Notes: generated by a model not told the origin, from the letters alone. Shown: positions 18,587 through 29,223, counted from the stretch's first letter. The stretch: 30,971 nucleotides of DNA from Myxococcota bacterium (GCA_036336835.1 JAYZFK010000019.1:1-30971), one strand, 5' to 3'. Translations and numbers: made by a program.

Positions 18587-20059
18587 CTACCCCTCGCGCT
18601 TCACCACGAAGTACTGCGTCCGTTCGCCTCGTTGTACCAGGAACAGCGGGTTCGAGTTGCTCTCGGACAGCTGGTCGCGGACATCCCCGGGCGACTCGAC
18701 GCGCCGCTGATTGACTTCGAGGATCACATCGCCGCGCCGCAGCCCGGCGTCCTCGGCCGGACTGCCCGGCTCGACCTGTGCCACCAGCGCTCCCTCTGCG
18801 TCCTCGATCTCGAGGCGCTCCGCGATCTCCGCGGTCAGCGGTTGCAGATGCAGACCGAGCTCCGTGCTCGCTGGTGCGCTCGCCGGCGTGAACGACTCCC
18901 CCGGGAGCTCGCCGAGCGTGACGCCGATCTTCTGGCGCTTGCCGTCGCGGATGACGACGACGACGACGTCCGTGCCGACCGGAGCGCTGGCCACGACACG
19001 CGGCAGCTCGTTCCAGCTCCCGATCTTCTCGCCCTCGAACTCGACGATCACGTCCCCCCGTCGCAAGCCGGCCTGCTGCGCCGGTCCGCCCGCCGCGACC
19101 TCGTTGACCAGCGCGCCCTTGTTGTCCGCGATCTCGAACTGGTCCGCCAGCTCGGGCGACAGGTCCTGGATCACCACCCCGAGCCAGCCGCGTGTCACGT
19201 GACCGTTGGCGAGCAGCTGCGGGATCAGCTTCTTGGCCATGTTGATCGGGATCGTGAAGCCCACCGTGTTCGCACCCTCGCGGATGGCGGTGTTGATCCC
19301 GATCGCCTCGCCCGACAGATTGAGCAGCGGTCCGCCGGAGCTGCCCGGGTTGATCGCCGCATCCGTCTGCATGTAATCGTCGTAGGCGCCGGTCAGACTG
19401 CGGTGCTTGGCGCTCACGATCCCGGCCGTCACCGTTTGCTCGAGGTTGAACGGGTTGCCGATGGCGAGGACCCAGTCGCCGGGCCGCACCCGGTCGGAGT
19501 CGCCGAACGGCACGGTCGGCAGCTCCTTGTCGCTCTCTACCTTGATCAGGGCGATATCGGTCTTGCGATCTGCGCCGAGAACCGTGGCGGTGTGCTTGCT
19601 GCCGTCGGCGAACTCGACCCGGATCTCGTCGGCGTTGCGGACGACGTGTTCGTTGGTTGCGATCAGTCCGTCCTTGCGGATCACGAAGCCACTGCCGACT
19701 CCGCCGCCGCGCGGCGAGCGCGGAATCGGCAGAAAATCCTCGAACGGATGCATTCTGCGGCGCCCCAGTGGCGCGCGCGACATTTCGGTGTGGATGCTGA
19801 CGACGGCTGGCGAAACGCGTTCGGCGAGGTCGGCGAAGCTGCCCGGTACGCCCTGCGGTGCGACCGGAGGCGATCCGCCACCCTCCTGCCAGATCGACTC
19901 GTCGGCGACAGCGACGTCGGCCGGTGCGTCCTTCGAGGAGCCGAACCACTCTGCGTGGGCGACGCCGCGGTCGCGCAGGCGCAGGTCGATCTCGACATGG
20001 TCCGAGAGCAGCCAGACGGCGGCGGCGGCGAGGGTGAAGGTGACGATGAATTTGCGCAT
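18587..20059 (-). CDS. Do/DegQ (HtrA) family periplasmic serine protease with two PDZ domains
   Basis: Signal [56 protein letters not shown]; two PDZ domains; SD GAGGAAGGA. Confidence 0.93.
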   Translation of the reverse strand: MRKFIVTFTLAAAAVWLLSDHVEIDLRLRDRGVAHAEWFGSSKDAPADVAVADESIWQEGGGSPPVAPQGVPGSFADLAERVSPAVVSIHTEMSRAPLGRRRMHPFEDFLPIPRSPRGGGVGSGFVIRKDGLIATNEHVVRNADEIRVEFADGSKHTATVLGADRKTDIALIKVESDKELPTVPFGDSDRVRPGDWVLAIGNPFNLEQTVTAGIVSAKHRSLTGAYDDYMQTDAAINPGSSGGPLLNLSGEAIGINTAIREGANTVGFTIPINMAKKLIPQLLANGHVTRGWLGVVIQDLSPELADQFEIADNKGALVNEVAAGGPAQQAGLRRGDVIVEFEGEKIGSWNELPRVVASAPVGTDVVVVVIRDGKRQKIGVTLGELPGESFTPASAPASTELGLHLQPLTAEIAERLEIEDAEGALVAQVEPGSPAEDAGLRRGDVILEVNQRRVESPGDVRDQLSESNSNPLFLVQRGERTQYFVVKREG

Positions 20060-20176
20060 GTCCTTCCTCATCAAGTCGACTCACGTCGGAGTTGGCTCGC
20101 CCGCGAGCGGGGCGCTTGGGCCAGAGTGACACCGCGATCGGGGGCGCGGTTCTGCCGCAGGCTGGGGAGTCGCGGC

Positions 20177-21574
20177 TCACCCCGCCTTCAGAGGCAGCGT
20201 CACATGGTATCTGCCGGCTCCGCGCTGCACCACGATCTGTACGCGCGCTCGCCAGCGCAGGTCCGCGATGGCGTACTTCAGTGCGTCGCGGTCCGCGAGC
20301 GGACGTCCCCCCAGGCTGAGCAACAGGTCGCCGCTCTGGAAGCCTATCCGCTGTGCGGGGCTGCCGCGCCGAACCGATGCCACGCGGAAGCCGCCGTCCG
20401 ATGCCGTCTCGAGCTGCATTCCGAGCAGGGCCGCGCCGATGCCCAGCACGCGCGAGTCCGGCAGCTCCGCGGCGCGGACGTCCAGCTCGATCGATTGGCC
20501 GTCGCGCCAGATTGCGAGCGTCACGCGCTGATCCGTGCGGATGCTGCGCAGCGATTCGTACAGGTCCTGGGCTCCCCGCAGCGTTCGCTTGTCCATCCTG
20601 GTGACGATGTCTCCGCGCTCGATCCCGGACTCCGCAGCAGGACTGTCCGCGGTCACGCCGTTGACGATCACACCGCTGATGTGACTCGGCAGCTTCAACA
20701 CCTGGTGCAGCGACGGGTCGAGATCCTGGAACTCCAGGCCGAGCCACACCGGCTGGACCTCGCCGAAGTCGATCAGTTCGTCGATCACCCGCTGCGCCGA
20801 CTCGATCGGAATGGCGAAGCCGATCGGCTGCGTTGGCTGATCGCTTCGCCAGTAGATTGCCGTGTTGATGCCGATCAACGTTCCCTCGGCGTTGAGCAGC
20901 GGGCCGCCCGAGTTGCCCGGGTTGATCGAGGCGTCCGTCTGGATGAGACCGTGGAGGCGGTCCCCGCCGACGCCGAGCGAGCGGTCGATCGCCGAGATCA
21001 CGCCCGTCGTCACGGTGTTCGACAGACCGTGCGGGTTGCCGATTGCGATCACCGGCTCGCCGACCAGTAGATCGTCTGTGCGGCCCAGCGGGATCCAGGG
21101 GAGCTTGTCGTCCGTCTGGACGCGCAGCACGGCGATGTCGTTGGTCGGATCTGCACCGATGAGTATGGCTTGGAACTCACGGCCGTCGGCCAGGCTGACC
21201 TGGATCGCGCTCGCGCGTGCGATCACGTGCTCGTTGGTCAACACGTGCCCGTTCTCGTCGATCAACACGCCCGAGCCGAGGCTCTGCACGGTGCGCGAGC
21301 GGTGTGGCGCCTTGAACCGGTCGAAGTAACGCTGGTAGATCGGATCGCTCAGCGACGGGCGGGCGAACGGGCTCTGGACGATGCGCTCGGTGGTGAGGTT
21401 GACGACGGCTGGGCCGACCTTCTCGACCGCGCGCACGGTGGGTGTGCGCCGCAGGAACGGATCGTTTGCGATGGCGCCGCCGGTCGGCTGCAGCCACCAC
21501 GCGGCCGTCGTCGCCACGACGGCGAGCGCGCTGGCCTGCAGGATCCGTGTCGCGCGGCGGTTCGACCGGATCAT
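20177..21574 (-). CDS. second HtrA/Do family serine protease with PDZ domains
   Basis: GSGV, TNEHVI, DIAVL, QTDASINPGNSGGPL, WLGL; ATG 21574 after GGGAG. Confidence 0.92.
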   Translation of the reverse strand: MIRSNRRATRILQASALAVVATTAAWWLQPTGGAIANDPFLRRTPTVRAVEKVGPAVVNLTTERIVQSPFARPSLSDPIYQRYFDRFKAPHRSRTVQSLGSGVLIDENGHVLTNEHVIARASAIQVSLADGREFQAILIGADPTNDIAVLRVQTDDKLPWIPLGRTDDLLVGEPVIAIGNPHGLSNTVTTGVISAIDRSLGVGGDRLHGLIQTDASINPGNSGGPLLNAEGTLIGINTAIYWRSDQPTQPIGFAIPIESAQRVIDELIDFGEVQPVWLGLEFQDLDPSLHQVLKLPSHISGVIVNGVTADSPAAESGIERGDIVTRMDKRTLRGAQDLYESLRSIRTDQRVTLAIWRDGQSIELDVRAAELPDSRVLGIGAALLGMQLETASDGGFRVASVRRGSPAQRIGFQSGDLLLSLGGRPLADRDALKYAIADLRWRARVQIVVQRGAGRYHVTLPLKAG

Positions 21575-21717
21575 CGTCACTCCCTTCGTCGGCCCACCCC
21601 CGCCGGGTTGGACGCGACTGCGAGGGCGCGGATTCAACCGTCCGGCCCCGGGACCGACCGTAGCGCTCCTGGGCGCGCGGTCGCGCTACGAGCCGGCGTG
21701 GCCGGATCTGCGCGGGC

Positions 21718-22368
21718 TCAGCCGGCGCCGGTCGCAGTGAGTGCCGCTCGTAGCGCGCGCGTGGCCGCGGCGGGATCGGTGGCCTGCAGGATCGCGCCAG
21801 TGACGGCGATGCCGGCAGCACCACTGCGGACGAGTTCGCCGGCGTTGGCCTGCGTGACGCCGCCCTGGGCGATCACGCGGACTTCACTGCGGCTGGCTGC
21901 CCTGACCGCGGCCGCGCCGAGCGCGGGCCGGGTCGAGCGCTTCGAGAGGGGATCGAACACCGGGGCCAGGTGCACGTAGTCCGCTCCGGCCCGCGCCGCC
22001 GACTCGACCTCCGCCAGCGAGTGTGCAGATACACCTAACACCGCGCGCGCGCCCAGCAGCGCGCGCGCGTCGCGGATGTCGAGTGCATCGAATCCGAGGT
22101 GGGCGCCGTCGGCTCCGATCGCGAGCGCGATGTCGAGACGGCGGTTGACGACGATCTCGGCCTCGCGGCCGGCGCGGCGGGCTCCGCGGACGGCGGCATC
22201 CGCCAGCTCGCCCGCCCAGGCCAGCAGGGCGGCCCCGGTGAGCTCGCGGTCGCGGATCTGCAGCCAGTCCGCGCCGTGCGCAAATGCCGCCTCGACCGCG
22301 GCCGGCAGGGGGTGCCGGGTCGACGCGCGATCGACGACCAGGCTCAGGATCGGCGGCTCGGCGGTCAG
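21718..22368 (-). CDS. thiE: thiamine phosphate synthase (ThiE/TenI family)
   Basis: [44 protein letters not shown]...SK, AQGGV, GIAV. Start uncertain; an in-frame CTG overlaps the thiG stop. Confidence 0.8.
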   Translation of the reverse strand: MTAEPPILSLVVDRASTRHPLPAAVEAAFAHGADWLQIRDRELTGAALLAWAGELADAAVRGARRAGREAEIVVNRRLDIALAIGADGAHLGFDALDIRDARALLGARAVLGVSAHSLAEVESAARAGADYVHLAPVFDPLSKRSTRPALGAAAVRAASRSEVRVIAQGGVTQANAGELVRSGAAGIAVTGAILQATDPAAATRALRAALTATGAG

Positions 22369-23141
22369 AAGCTGGCGAGGCCGTCGAGCGGGCTCGACGC
22401 CGAGGCGTACAGGCGTCGGGGCATCCGTCCCGCCTCGTATGCGTCGCGTCCAGCCTCGACGGCGAGGTTCATTGCGTGCGCCATCTTGACCGGATCCTTG
22501 GCCGCGGCGATCGCCGTGTTCATCAACACGGCCGTCGCTCCGAGCTCCATGGCGACCGCAGCGTCGCTGGCCGTCCCCACCCCGGCGTCGACGATCACCG
22601 GCACTTCGACGGTCTCCAGGATGATGCGCAGGTTGACGGGGTTGCGGATGCCGAGTCCCGAACCGATCGGGGCGGCGAGCGGCATCACAGCCGGGCAGCC
22701 CATCGCGGCGAGTCGCTGACACGCAACCGGGTCGTCCGTGATGTAGGGCAGCACCGTGAAGCCGTCGTCGATCAGGACGCGCGCCGCCTCGAGTGTCGCC
22801 GGGACGTCGGGGTAGAGCGTGCGCTCGTCGCCGATCACCTCGAGCTTGACCAGATCGGTGGCGAGCAGCTCGCGTCCGAGCCGGGCGGTGGTGATGGCGT
22901 CGTCGGCGTTGTAGCAGCCCGCCGTATTGGGCAGGATCGTGAAGCGTTCCGTGGAGATCTCGTCGAGCAGGCTCGGTCCCTTGCTCTTGTCGAGGTTCAC
23001 GCGTCGCAGTGCGACGGTGATCATCTCCGCGCCCGAGGCCTCGGCGCACACGCGGTTCTGGACGAACGACTCGTACTTGCCCGATCCGATGATCAGACGC
23101 GACGAGAACGTATGCTTCCCCAGGGTGTAGGTGCCCGACAT
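22365..23141 (-). CDS. thiG: thiazole synthase
   Basis: [54 protein letters not shown]. Confidence 0.97.
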   Translation of the reverse strand: MSGTYTLGKHTFSSRLIIGSGKYESFVQNRVCAEASGAEMITVALRRVNLDKSKGPSLLDEISTERFTILPNTAGCYNADDAITTARLGRELLATDLVKLEVIGDERTLYPDVPATLEAARVLIDDGFTVLPYITDDPVACQRLAAMGCPAVMPLAAPIGSGLGIRNPVNLRIILETVEVPVIVDAGVGTASDAAVAMELGATAVLMNTAIAAAKDPVKMAHAMNLAVEAGRDAYEAGRMPRRLYASASSPLDGLASF

Positions 23142-23142
23142 G

Positions 23143-23358
23143 TCAGCCCCCTCCGACGGCTTCGAGGATCTCGACGTGGTCGCCGGCATCGAGCGTCGTT
23201 GCCGCGTAGCGAGATCGCGGCACGACGTTGCGGTTGATCGCGACGGCGACCGTGTGGCCGCCGAGGTCGAGTTGCGCGAGCAGTGCTGCCAGCGTGGCGT
23301 CCGCCGGCAGTGAGGTGGTCTCGCCGTTGACGAGCACTGCGTCCTGCCCCTGCGACAT
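23143..23358 (-). CDS. thiS: sulfur carrier protein ThiS
   Basis: VNGE...L..LL..L......VAVAINR.VVPR....T.L..GD.VEIL.AVGGG with C-terminal GG; immediately upstream of thiG. Confidence 0.95.
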   Translation of the reverse strand: MSQGQDAVLVNGETTSLPADATLAALLAQLDLGGHTVAVAINRNVVPRSRYAATTLDAGDHVEILEAVGGG

Positions 23359-23505
23359 GGCGCGGAGCGTAGCCGAAATGGCGCATCTCCCGACGCTGGG
23401 GGCGAGGCTGCGCGTCGAGCGGGCGGTCCGGGGCGTCATGCCGCGCGCCGGTGCGTCCGATGGCCTATCCATTCGGGGTTCGGGCAAGTGAGGGGGGTGG
23501 CCCCA

Positions 23506-24657
23506 GTGGGCGACGGCGAGCGAGCAGCAGGACCCCGCGCGGTGATCGACCTTGCCGCGCTGCGCGCCAATGCGCAGGTCGTCGCGCGCTGTGCGGCCGG
23601 GCGAGACTGGATCGCCGTGGTCAAGGCGGACGCCTACGGGCACGGGGTGGTACCGGTCGCTCGTGAGCTGCTCGCGGCCGGCGCGGCGCGTCTGGCGGTC
23701 GTCAGCGCGCACGAGGCCACCGAGCTGCGCGCGGCCGGACTGGCGGCGCCCGTACTGGTGCTGGTGGGCCCGCGGAACGCCGCGGAGGCCGACGAGATCC
23801 TCGCCGCGCGCGCCGTCGCAGTGCTGCACCACGAGGAGGCCGCGGGCTGGATGGCGGCGGCGGCCGGTCGTGCGGCCCGAGAGACGCGCGTGCAGATCGA
23901 GGTGGACACCGGGATGCGCCGCATGGGCGTGCCGGTGGCCGACGCGGCCGCCTTCGCCGGGCGCGTCGCCGGCAACGCGGCACTCGTTTTCGAGGGGATT
24001 TTCACACATTTCGCCTGCGCGGACGATCCCGATCCGTCGTCCGCACTGGAGCAGGTGCGCCAGTTCCGAGCGGTGCTCGCCGCCCTCGCACACCGCGGAC
24101 TCGGCGGCCTGCAGATCCACGCAGCCAACTCCGCGGGCCTGATGTCGCCCGAGCTCATGGACGCGCTTCCCGAGGCCACTGCGGTGCGGCCCGGCCTGAT
24201 GCTCTACGGCGTCCAGCCGGCATCTCATCTCGGGCTGGGCGAGCTTGCGCCCGTGATGAGCTTGCGCGCGCCCGTGGTGCGCATCCACGACGTCGCAGCA
24301 GGCGAAGCAGTGGGCTACGGCGCGAGCTGGAGCGCGAAATCGCCGACTCGCGTGGCCACGCTCGGGCTTGGCTATGCCGACGGTCTCGCGTGGACGGCCG
24401 GGAGCCGGGGTGCCGTCTGGCTGGCGGGCGAACGCCGTTCGATCGTCGGCCGCGTCTCGATGGATTCGGTTGGTGTCGAGATCGGCGACGCCGATGTGGC
24501 GCACGGAGACGAGGCCGTGCTGTTCGGGGCGGCCCCCGACGGCAGCGTTCCGATTCGCGTCGAGCAGGCCGCAGCCGCAGCCGGCACGCTGCACTACGAG
24601 CTGCTCGTGCGCGTCGGCCGGCGAGTGCGTCGCGAGCTGGTCAACGCCTCCGTTTGA
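23506..24657 (+). CDS. alr: alanine racemase
   Basis: AVVKADAYGHG PLP-lysine motif, DTGMRR.G, THFACAD, HAANS, VRPGLMLYG, GYADG, GRVSMD. Start may be GTG 23488, 23497 or 23506. Confidence 0.95.
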   Translation: MGDGERAAGPRAVIDLAALRANAQVVARCAAGRDWIAVVKADAYGHGVVPVARELLAAGAARLAVVSAHEATELRAAGLAAPVLVLVGPRNAAEADEILAARAVAVLHHEEAAGWMAAAAGRAARETRVQIEVDTGMRRMGVPVADAAAFAGRVAGNAALVFEGIFTHFACADDPDPSSALEQVRQFRAVLAALAHRGLGGLQIHAANSAGLMSPELMDALPEATAVRPGLMLYGVQPASHLGLGELAPVMSLRAPVVRIHDVAAGEAVGYGASWSAKSPTRVATLGLGYADGLAWTAGSRGAVWLAGERRSIVGRVSMDSVGVEIGDADVAHGDEAVLFGAAPDGSVPIRVEQAAAAAGTLHYELLVRVGRRVRRELVNASV

Positions 24658-24730
24658 CGCTGGCCCGGTGTGGCCGCACCATGGGACCGAGCCCGCGGTC
24701 TGCTCTCGACTCTCCAACGAGGTCCCCCCA

Positions 24731-26011
24731 GTGCGTGTCCTGATCGTCGGTTCCGGAGGGCGCGAGCACGCGCTCGCCTGGAAGATCCACCGCAGCCCGA
24801 TGCTGACCGAGCTGGTCGCGGCGCCCGGCAGCGATGCGATGGCAGAGCTCGCGCGCTGCCATCGTGAGGTGAAGGCGACCGATCTCGATGCGCTGGTCGA
24901 GCTCGCACGGCGCGAGGCGATCGATCTGGTGGTGATCGGGCCGGAGGATCCGCTGGCCGGGGGTCTCGCCGATCGACTGCGCGAGGCGGGCATTGCGACC
25001 TTCGGGCCTTCAGCGGCGGCGGCCAGGCTCGAGGCGAGCAAGGCGTTCGCCAAGGCGTTCATGGAACGCCACGACATCCCGACCGCGCGCCACCAGAGCT
25101 TCGACGACCTCGCGGCTGCGCTCGCGTACGTGCGCGAGCTCGGGACGCGCTGCGTCGTGAAGGCCGACGGGCTCGCGGCGGGCAAGGGCGTGGCGATGTG
25201 CGACACGACCGAGCAGGCCGAGCAGGCGCTGCACGAGATGATGAGCGACCGCCGCTTCGGGGTTGCCGGCGAGAGCGTCGTGATCGAGGAGTGGCTCGAC
25301 GGGGAAGAAGCCTCCTACTACGCGATCAGCGACGGCGAGGCCATCGTCCTGCTCGCCGCCGCGCAGGATCACAAGCGCGCGCTCGACGGTGACCGCGGCG
25401 AGAACACGGGCGGCATGGGCGCCTATTCTCCCCCTCCGGTCTTCACCGAGGCCGTCGAGAAGCAGGTGCTCGAGCGGATCGTCCACCCCGCGATCCGCGG
25501 CATGGCGGCCGACGGCCACCCGTATCAGGGGGTGCTGTACATCGGATTGATGATCGACGCCGCGGGCGATGCGCGCGTGGTCGAGTTCAACGTCCGCTTC
25601 GGCGATCCAGAGACGCAGCCGCTGATGGTGCGGTTGCAGGGGGATCTGCTGCCCATCCTGGACAGCGCCGCGCGGGGAGCGTTGACCGACGGACAGAGAC
25701 TGTCGTGGGGTGAGGCCGCAGTCTGCGTGGTGATCGCGTCCGGCGGCTACCCGCGCGCCTACGACACGGGCGTGCCGATCGCAGGGCTCGAGCAGGCCGC
25801 CGCGGGTGAGGGCGTCGCCATCTTCCACGCCGGCACCCGGCGCGAAGAAGACGGCGGCTTCGTGACGGCTGGTGGCCGCGTGCTCGGGGTGACCGCAAGC
25901 GGCCCCAGCATCGAGCTCGCGCGCGCCCGCGCCTACGCCGCGGCCGACCGGATCTCCTTCCGGGGCGCGCACCGCCGCACGGACATCGCCGACCGTGCCC
26001 TGCGACGCTGA
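24731..26011 (+). CDS. purD: phosphoribosylamine--glycine ligase
   Basis: VLIVGSGGREHALAW, GPE.PL..G, LEASK.FAK, VVKADGLAAGKGV, QDHKR..DGD.G.NTGGMGAYSP, EFNVRFGDPE, GGRVL. Confidence 0.97.
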   Translation: MRVLIVGSGGREHALAWKIHRSPMLTELVAAPGSDAMAELARCHREVKATDLDALVELARREAIDLVVIGPEDPLAGGLADRLREAGIATFGPSAAAARLEASKAFAKAFMERHDIPTARHQSFDDLAAALAYVRELGTRCVVKADGLAAGKGVAMCDTTEQAEQALHEMMSDRRFGVAGESVVIEEWLDGEEASYYAISDGEAIVLLAAAQDHKRALDGDRGENTGGMGAYSPPPVFTEAVEKQVLERIVHPAIRGMAADGHPYQGVLYIGLMIDAAGDARVVEFNVRFGDPETQPLMVRLQGDLLPILDSAARGALTDGQRLSWGEAAVCVVIASGGYPRAYDTGVPIAGLEQAAAGEGVAIFHAGTRREEDGGFVTAGGRVLGVTASGPSIELARARAYAAADRISFRGAHRRTDIADRALRR

Positions 26012-26684
26012 ACCCTCCGAGCTCGAGCACGCCATCGCAGTGCTGGCCGGCGGCGGGCTGGTCGCGTTCCCGACCGAGACCGTCTGGGGCATTGCGGCCG
26101 ACGTGCTCCAGCCGTCGGCAGTCGAGCACCTGCGGCACTTCAAGGGGCGCGACCCGGGCCAGCCGATGTCGCTGCTGATTGCGGAGCCCGCCGAGGCGGC
26201 GGCGCTCGGCTGCGCGCTCGACGCCAGTGCCCGCGCGCTGATCGAGGCCTTCTGGCCGGGGCCGATTACGCTGGTGCTACCCGTGCCGGGACTTTCCAGC
26301 AGCGGGGTGGCGCGGCGCGTGGCCGGACTCGCGAGCCCGGACGGGTTGCTCGGCATCCGCTGCAGCGCCCACCCGGTCGCCGCCGCTCTCGCGCGGGCCG
26401 CCGCCGCCGCCGGTATCGGACCGCTGACGGCCACCAGCTGCAACCGCAGTGGCGCCCCGGCGGCCGAGACGCGACCCGCCGCGCGTGAGGTCTGTGCAGG
26501 AGACCAGGCACCGCTGCTGCTCGAGACTGGCGACGACGCGCACGGCGGTCCAGCGAGTACGGTCGTCGCGCTCGGCGCCGGCTCGCCGCGAATCCTTCGC
26601 TCCGGCGCGATTGCCGAGCAGGCCATCCGCCGGGTGCTGGCTCATGCCGCGGGGCCGGCGGGGGCCCGGCCAGCGGGCGCCTGA
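25995..26684 (+). CDS. tsaC: L-threonylcarbamoyladenylate synthase (TsaC/YrdC)
   Basis: GGLVAFPTETVWG, KGR, FWPGPITLV, TSCNRSG, STVV, ILRSGAI. Confidence 0.9.
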   Translation: MPCDAEPSELEHAIAVLAGGGLVAFPTETVWGIAADVLQPSAVEHLRHFKGRDPGQPMSLLIAEPAEAAALGCALDASARALIEAFWPGPITLVLPVPGLSSSGVARRVAGLASPDGLLGIRCSAHPVAAALARAAAAAGIGPLTATSCNRSGAPAAETRPAAREVCAGDQAPLLLETGDDAHGGPASTVVALGAGSPRILRSGAIAEQAIRRVLAHAAGPAGARPAGA

Positions 26685-26795
26685 CCCGCGACCGCGACCC
26701 CGCCGCCGGGCTGAGTCATACTGCGCGCCGCGCACCCGCAGCGTTGGGCGAAGCGAATCCGCGCGCGATTGCGCGCGCTCGGCGAAGAGGGATCG

Positions 26796-28067
26796 ATGAC
26801 CGACGTACGAGCCTTCCGCGCGCTGCGCTACGACCTCGATCGCGTCGAGCTCTCGAACGTGATCGTGCCGCCCTACGACGTCGTGCAGCCCGACGAGCGC
26901 GCTGGCTTCTACGACCGCGACCCGCACAACGCGATCCGCTTCGAGCTCGAGCGCGACGTCGCCGACGACGCCTCGACCGATTATGCACAGGTCGCCCAGG
27001 CGCTCGCCCAGTGGCGCGACAGTGGGGTCCTGGTGTGCGACGACGCGCCCGCGCTGTACGTGATGTCCCAGCGCTTCCAGGCACCCTCGGGCGCGTGGCT
27101 CGAGCGAACCGGCTTCTTCTCGGAGCTCGGTCTGGCGGCCTACTCCGAGGGAAAGGTCCTGCCGCACGAGCGGACGCTGGCCGGGCCGAAGGCCGACCGG
27201 CTGAGGCTGCTGTCCGCAGCGCGTGCCAACCTGTCGAGCGTCTTCTTGCTGTACGAGGATCGCAGCCAGGAGCTCGAGCCACTGCTCGAGGCGGCGATCC
27301 GCAATCATCCGCTCGCGACTGCTCGCGACGACGCTGGCGTCGAGTACCAGCTTGCGGCGCTGCGTGGCGAGCAGGCCGAGCGCGTGAGCCGCTTCCTCGC
27401 CGGCCGGCCGACGGTGATCGCCGACGGACACCATCGCTACGAGACGGCCCTCGCGTACCGCGATGGCCAACGTGCAGCCGGGCGGGGACTCGACGACCCG
27501 AGCGCGTCGACGCTCGCCTTCCTGGCCAATGCCTACGCGGAGGGAAGCCTGCTGCTCGCGATCCACCGCGTGATCCGCAAGGTGCCTGCTCCGACCGACG
27601 CCCTGTGGGACGAGCGCCTGCCCGGCTGGGACCGGACGCGCGTCGAGATGGGCGATGGCAGCGACATCGCGGCGCTGATCGACGAGCATCTGGCACCGCT
27701 TCGCGGCCGTCCCTGCTTTGCCGCCGACGACGGCAGCGGAGCGCTGCGCATCTTCTCGCGTTCCGAGTCGCTGGGGGACCGTTTGATGGTGAGCATCCTC
27801 GAGGAAGAGGTGATCGGCTCGGTCTTCGGCCTCGACGCGGAGGCGATCGCCGACGGTGCGGTCACCTTCAAGAAGCGTCCCGAGCACGCGGCGCGCGAGG
27901 TGCGCACGGGCGACGGCACGGTCGCGTTGTATCTGAACCCCGTCGAGCCAGACGATGTGTTCCGCGTCAGCGCGCAGGGCGAGGTGATGCCCCAGAAGTC
28001 GACGTTCTTCTATCCGAAGGTTCCCACGGGTCTGGTGTTCCGGCTCCACGAGGACGCGGGCCGTTGA
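26796..28067 (+). CDS. DUF1015 family protein
   Basis: PPYDVV, PHERT, IADGHHRYETA, MPQKSTFFYPK..TGL signatures; ATG 26796 after GAGGG. Confidence 0.88.
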   Translation: MTDVRAFRALRYDLDRVELSNVIVPPYDVVQPDERAGFYDRDPHNAIRFELERDVADDASTDYAQVAQALAQWRDSGVLVCDDAPALYVMSQRFQAPSGAWLERTGFFSELGLAAYSEGKVLPHERTLAGPKADRLRLLSAARANLSSVFLLYEDRSQELEPLLEAAIRNHPLATARDDAGVEYQLAALRGEQAERVSRFLAGRPTVIADGHHRYETALAYRDGQRAAGRGLDDPSASTLAFLANAYAEGSLLLAIHRVIRKVPAPTDALWDERLPGWDRTRVEMGDGSDIAALIDEHLAPLRGRPCFAADDGSGALRIFSRSESLGDRLMVSILEEEVIGSVFGLDAEAIADGAVTFKKRPEHAAREVRTGDGTVALYLNPVEPDDVFRVSAQGEVMPQKSTFFYPKVPTGLVFRLHEDAGR

Positions 28068-28399
28068 GCCGTCGGCGCCGGCGCAAGAGCAACCTCGCCG
28101 AGATCGGTGGCCAAATCGAGCGCGTGCTCTCGGACCTCGGTCTCGACGATGCCCAGCGTGCCTTCCGCATCGGCGAGTGCTGGGAGGGCGCAGTCGGACC
28201 CGAGATCGCGCGTCACTCGCGTCCGACCGCGCTGCGCGGAGATGTACTCGAGGTGGCCGTCGATTCCAGTGTCTGGGCCCAGCAGCTCCAGCTGCAACGG
28301 CCGCGGCTGCTGGCGGCGCTGGGACGCGTTCTGCCCGAGGGACAGACGCCGCCGGCTGCTCTGCGCTTCCGCGTCGGCGGCAGCGGCTCGCGCGGCTAG
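28064..28399 (+). CDS. DUF721/DciA family protein (replicative helicase loader-like)
   Basis: W..AVG.EIA.HSRP..LR.DVL.V.VDSSVWAQQL.L....LL pattern; TTG start overlapping the upstream TGA (TTGA). Confidence 0.82.
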   Translation: MSRRRRRKSNLAEIGGQIERVLSDLGLDDAQRAFRIGECWEGAVGPEIARHSRPTALRGDVLEVAVDSSVWAQQLQLQRPRLLAALGRVLPEGQTPPAALRFRVGGSGSRG

Positions 28400-28409
28400 A
28401 CTGGTCGGG

Positions 28410-28601
28410 ATGAGCGATTCCGAGCAGGAGCCGGGCGAGGAGAAGGCGCCGCTGCGCTGCGATTTCTGCGGCGAGCCGTCGCAGAGCGTGCGCCGCGTGG
28501 CCCTCGATCGGGACTACGAGCGGCTGCAAACACGGCACAAGCCGCTGTACGCCTGTCCGAGCTGCTCCGAGCGCAAGGAGCAAGAGCGCCTCGGGCGTTG
28601 A
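28410..28601 (+). CDS. small putative zinc-binding protein (63 aa, CDFC...CPSC)
   Basis: MSDSEQEPGEEKAPLRCDFCGE...YACPSCSERKEQERLGR; two CxxC pairs; TAGACT -10-like box 7 nt before ATG. Confidence 0.7.
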   Translation: MSDSEQEPGEEKAPLRCDFCGEPSQSVRRVALDRDYERLQTRHKPLYACPSCSERKEQERLGR

Positions 28602-28626
28602 CCCCGGGGGCGCATTTCTCTAGATT
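28598..28626 (+). promoter_or_regulatory. sigma70 promoter of the rpsP operon
   Basis: TTGACC, 17 nt, TAGATT. Confidence 0.65.
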
Positions 28627-28707
28627 CGGCGGCCGCTTCCGCCGTCGCCCGCGCTTCGTGCCCGACTTCTCCGGGCCGCTTGGAGCGGGCGATCCGAGGT
28701 CCTTGGA

Positions 28708-28974
28708 ATGGTCAAGATCCGACTGTCGCGCGCAGGCGCGAAGAAGCACGCCTACTACCACATCATTGCGATCGACGAGCGCAGGCGCCGCGATGGTCTG
28801 CCGCTGGCGCGTCTGGGCACCTACGCCCCGGGCCGCTCCGAGGCACCGCTGACGATCGACCTGGAAGGCATCGATGCGTGGGTCGGCAAGGGAGCGCAGC
28901 TCTCCGAGACCGTGGCGTCTCTGGTGCGCAAGGGTCGCAAGGCGGCTGCCGCGCTCTCGATGGAAGGGGTCTAG
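28708..28974 (+). CDS. rpsP: 30S ribosomal protein S16
   Basis: MVKIRLSRAGAKK...Y.I...D.R..RDG....LG.Y.P; W..KGAQ.SETV; operon context. Confidence 0.95.
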   Translation: MVKIRLSRAGAKKHAYYHIIAIDERRRRDGLPLARLGTYAPGRSEAPLTIDLEGIDAWVGKGAQLSETVASLVRKGRKAAAALSMEGV

Positions 28975-28977
28975 CTC

Positions 28978-29217
28978 GTGGCGGAAGACGGAAGCGCGGC
29001 GGCCGAGTTGATCGAGTACATCAGCAAGGCGATCGTGTCCGACACGGACGCGATCAAGGTCCACGTGCGGGACGGCGGCTCGCTGCTCGAGCTCGAGACG
29101 GCCCCGGACGATCGCGGCCGTGTGATCGGACGCCAGGGGCGCGTTGCCAAGGCGCTGCGGGCCGTGCTCGTCGCCTCGCGTGTCGGCGCCGATTGCCGGC
29201 TCGACATCGTCGACTGA
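28978..29217 (+). CDS. khpA: KH domain RNA-binding protein (KhpA/YlqC)
   Basis: LIEYI.KAIV, DRGRVIGRQGRVAKALR (GxxG); lies between rpsP and rimM. Confidence 0.9.
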   Translation: MAEDGSAAAELIEYISKAIVSDTDAIKVHVRDGGSLLELETAPDDRGRVIGRQGRVAKALRAVLVASRVGADCRLDIVD

Positions 29218-29223
29218 CCGCCC

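Noticed and set aside
23143..23358. ThiS as a Urm1-like sulfur carrier for mcm5s2U thiolation
   Set aside because: It is directly coupled to thiG and thiE, so thiamine synthesis explains it fully.
23359..23490. Possible TPP riboswitch upstream of thiS-thiG-thiE
   Set aside because: No CTGAGA or ACCTGA core on the minus strand; thiS looks leaderless.
28410..28601. Small Cys4 protein as the missing Trm112 activator
   Set aside because: It lacks the LxCP start and the YPIxxGIP C-terminal motif, and is about 14 kb from the methylase.
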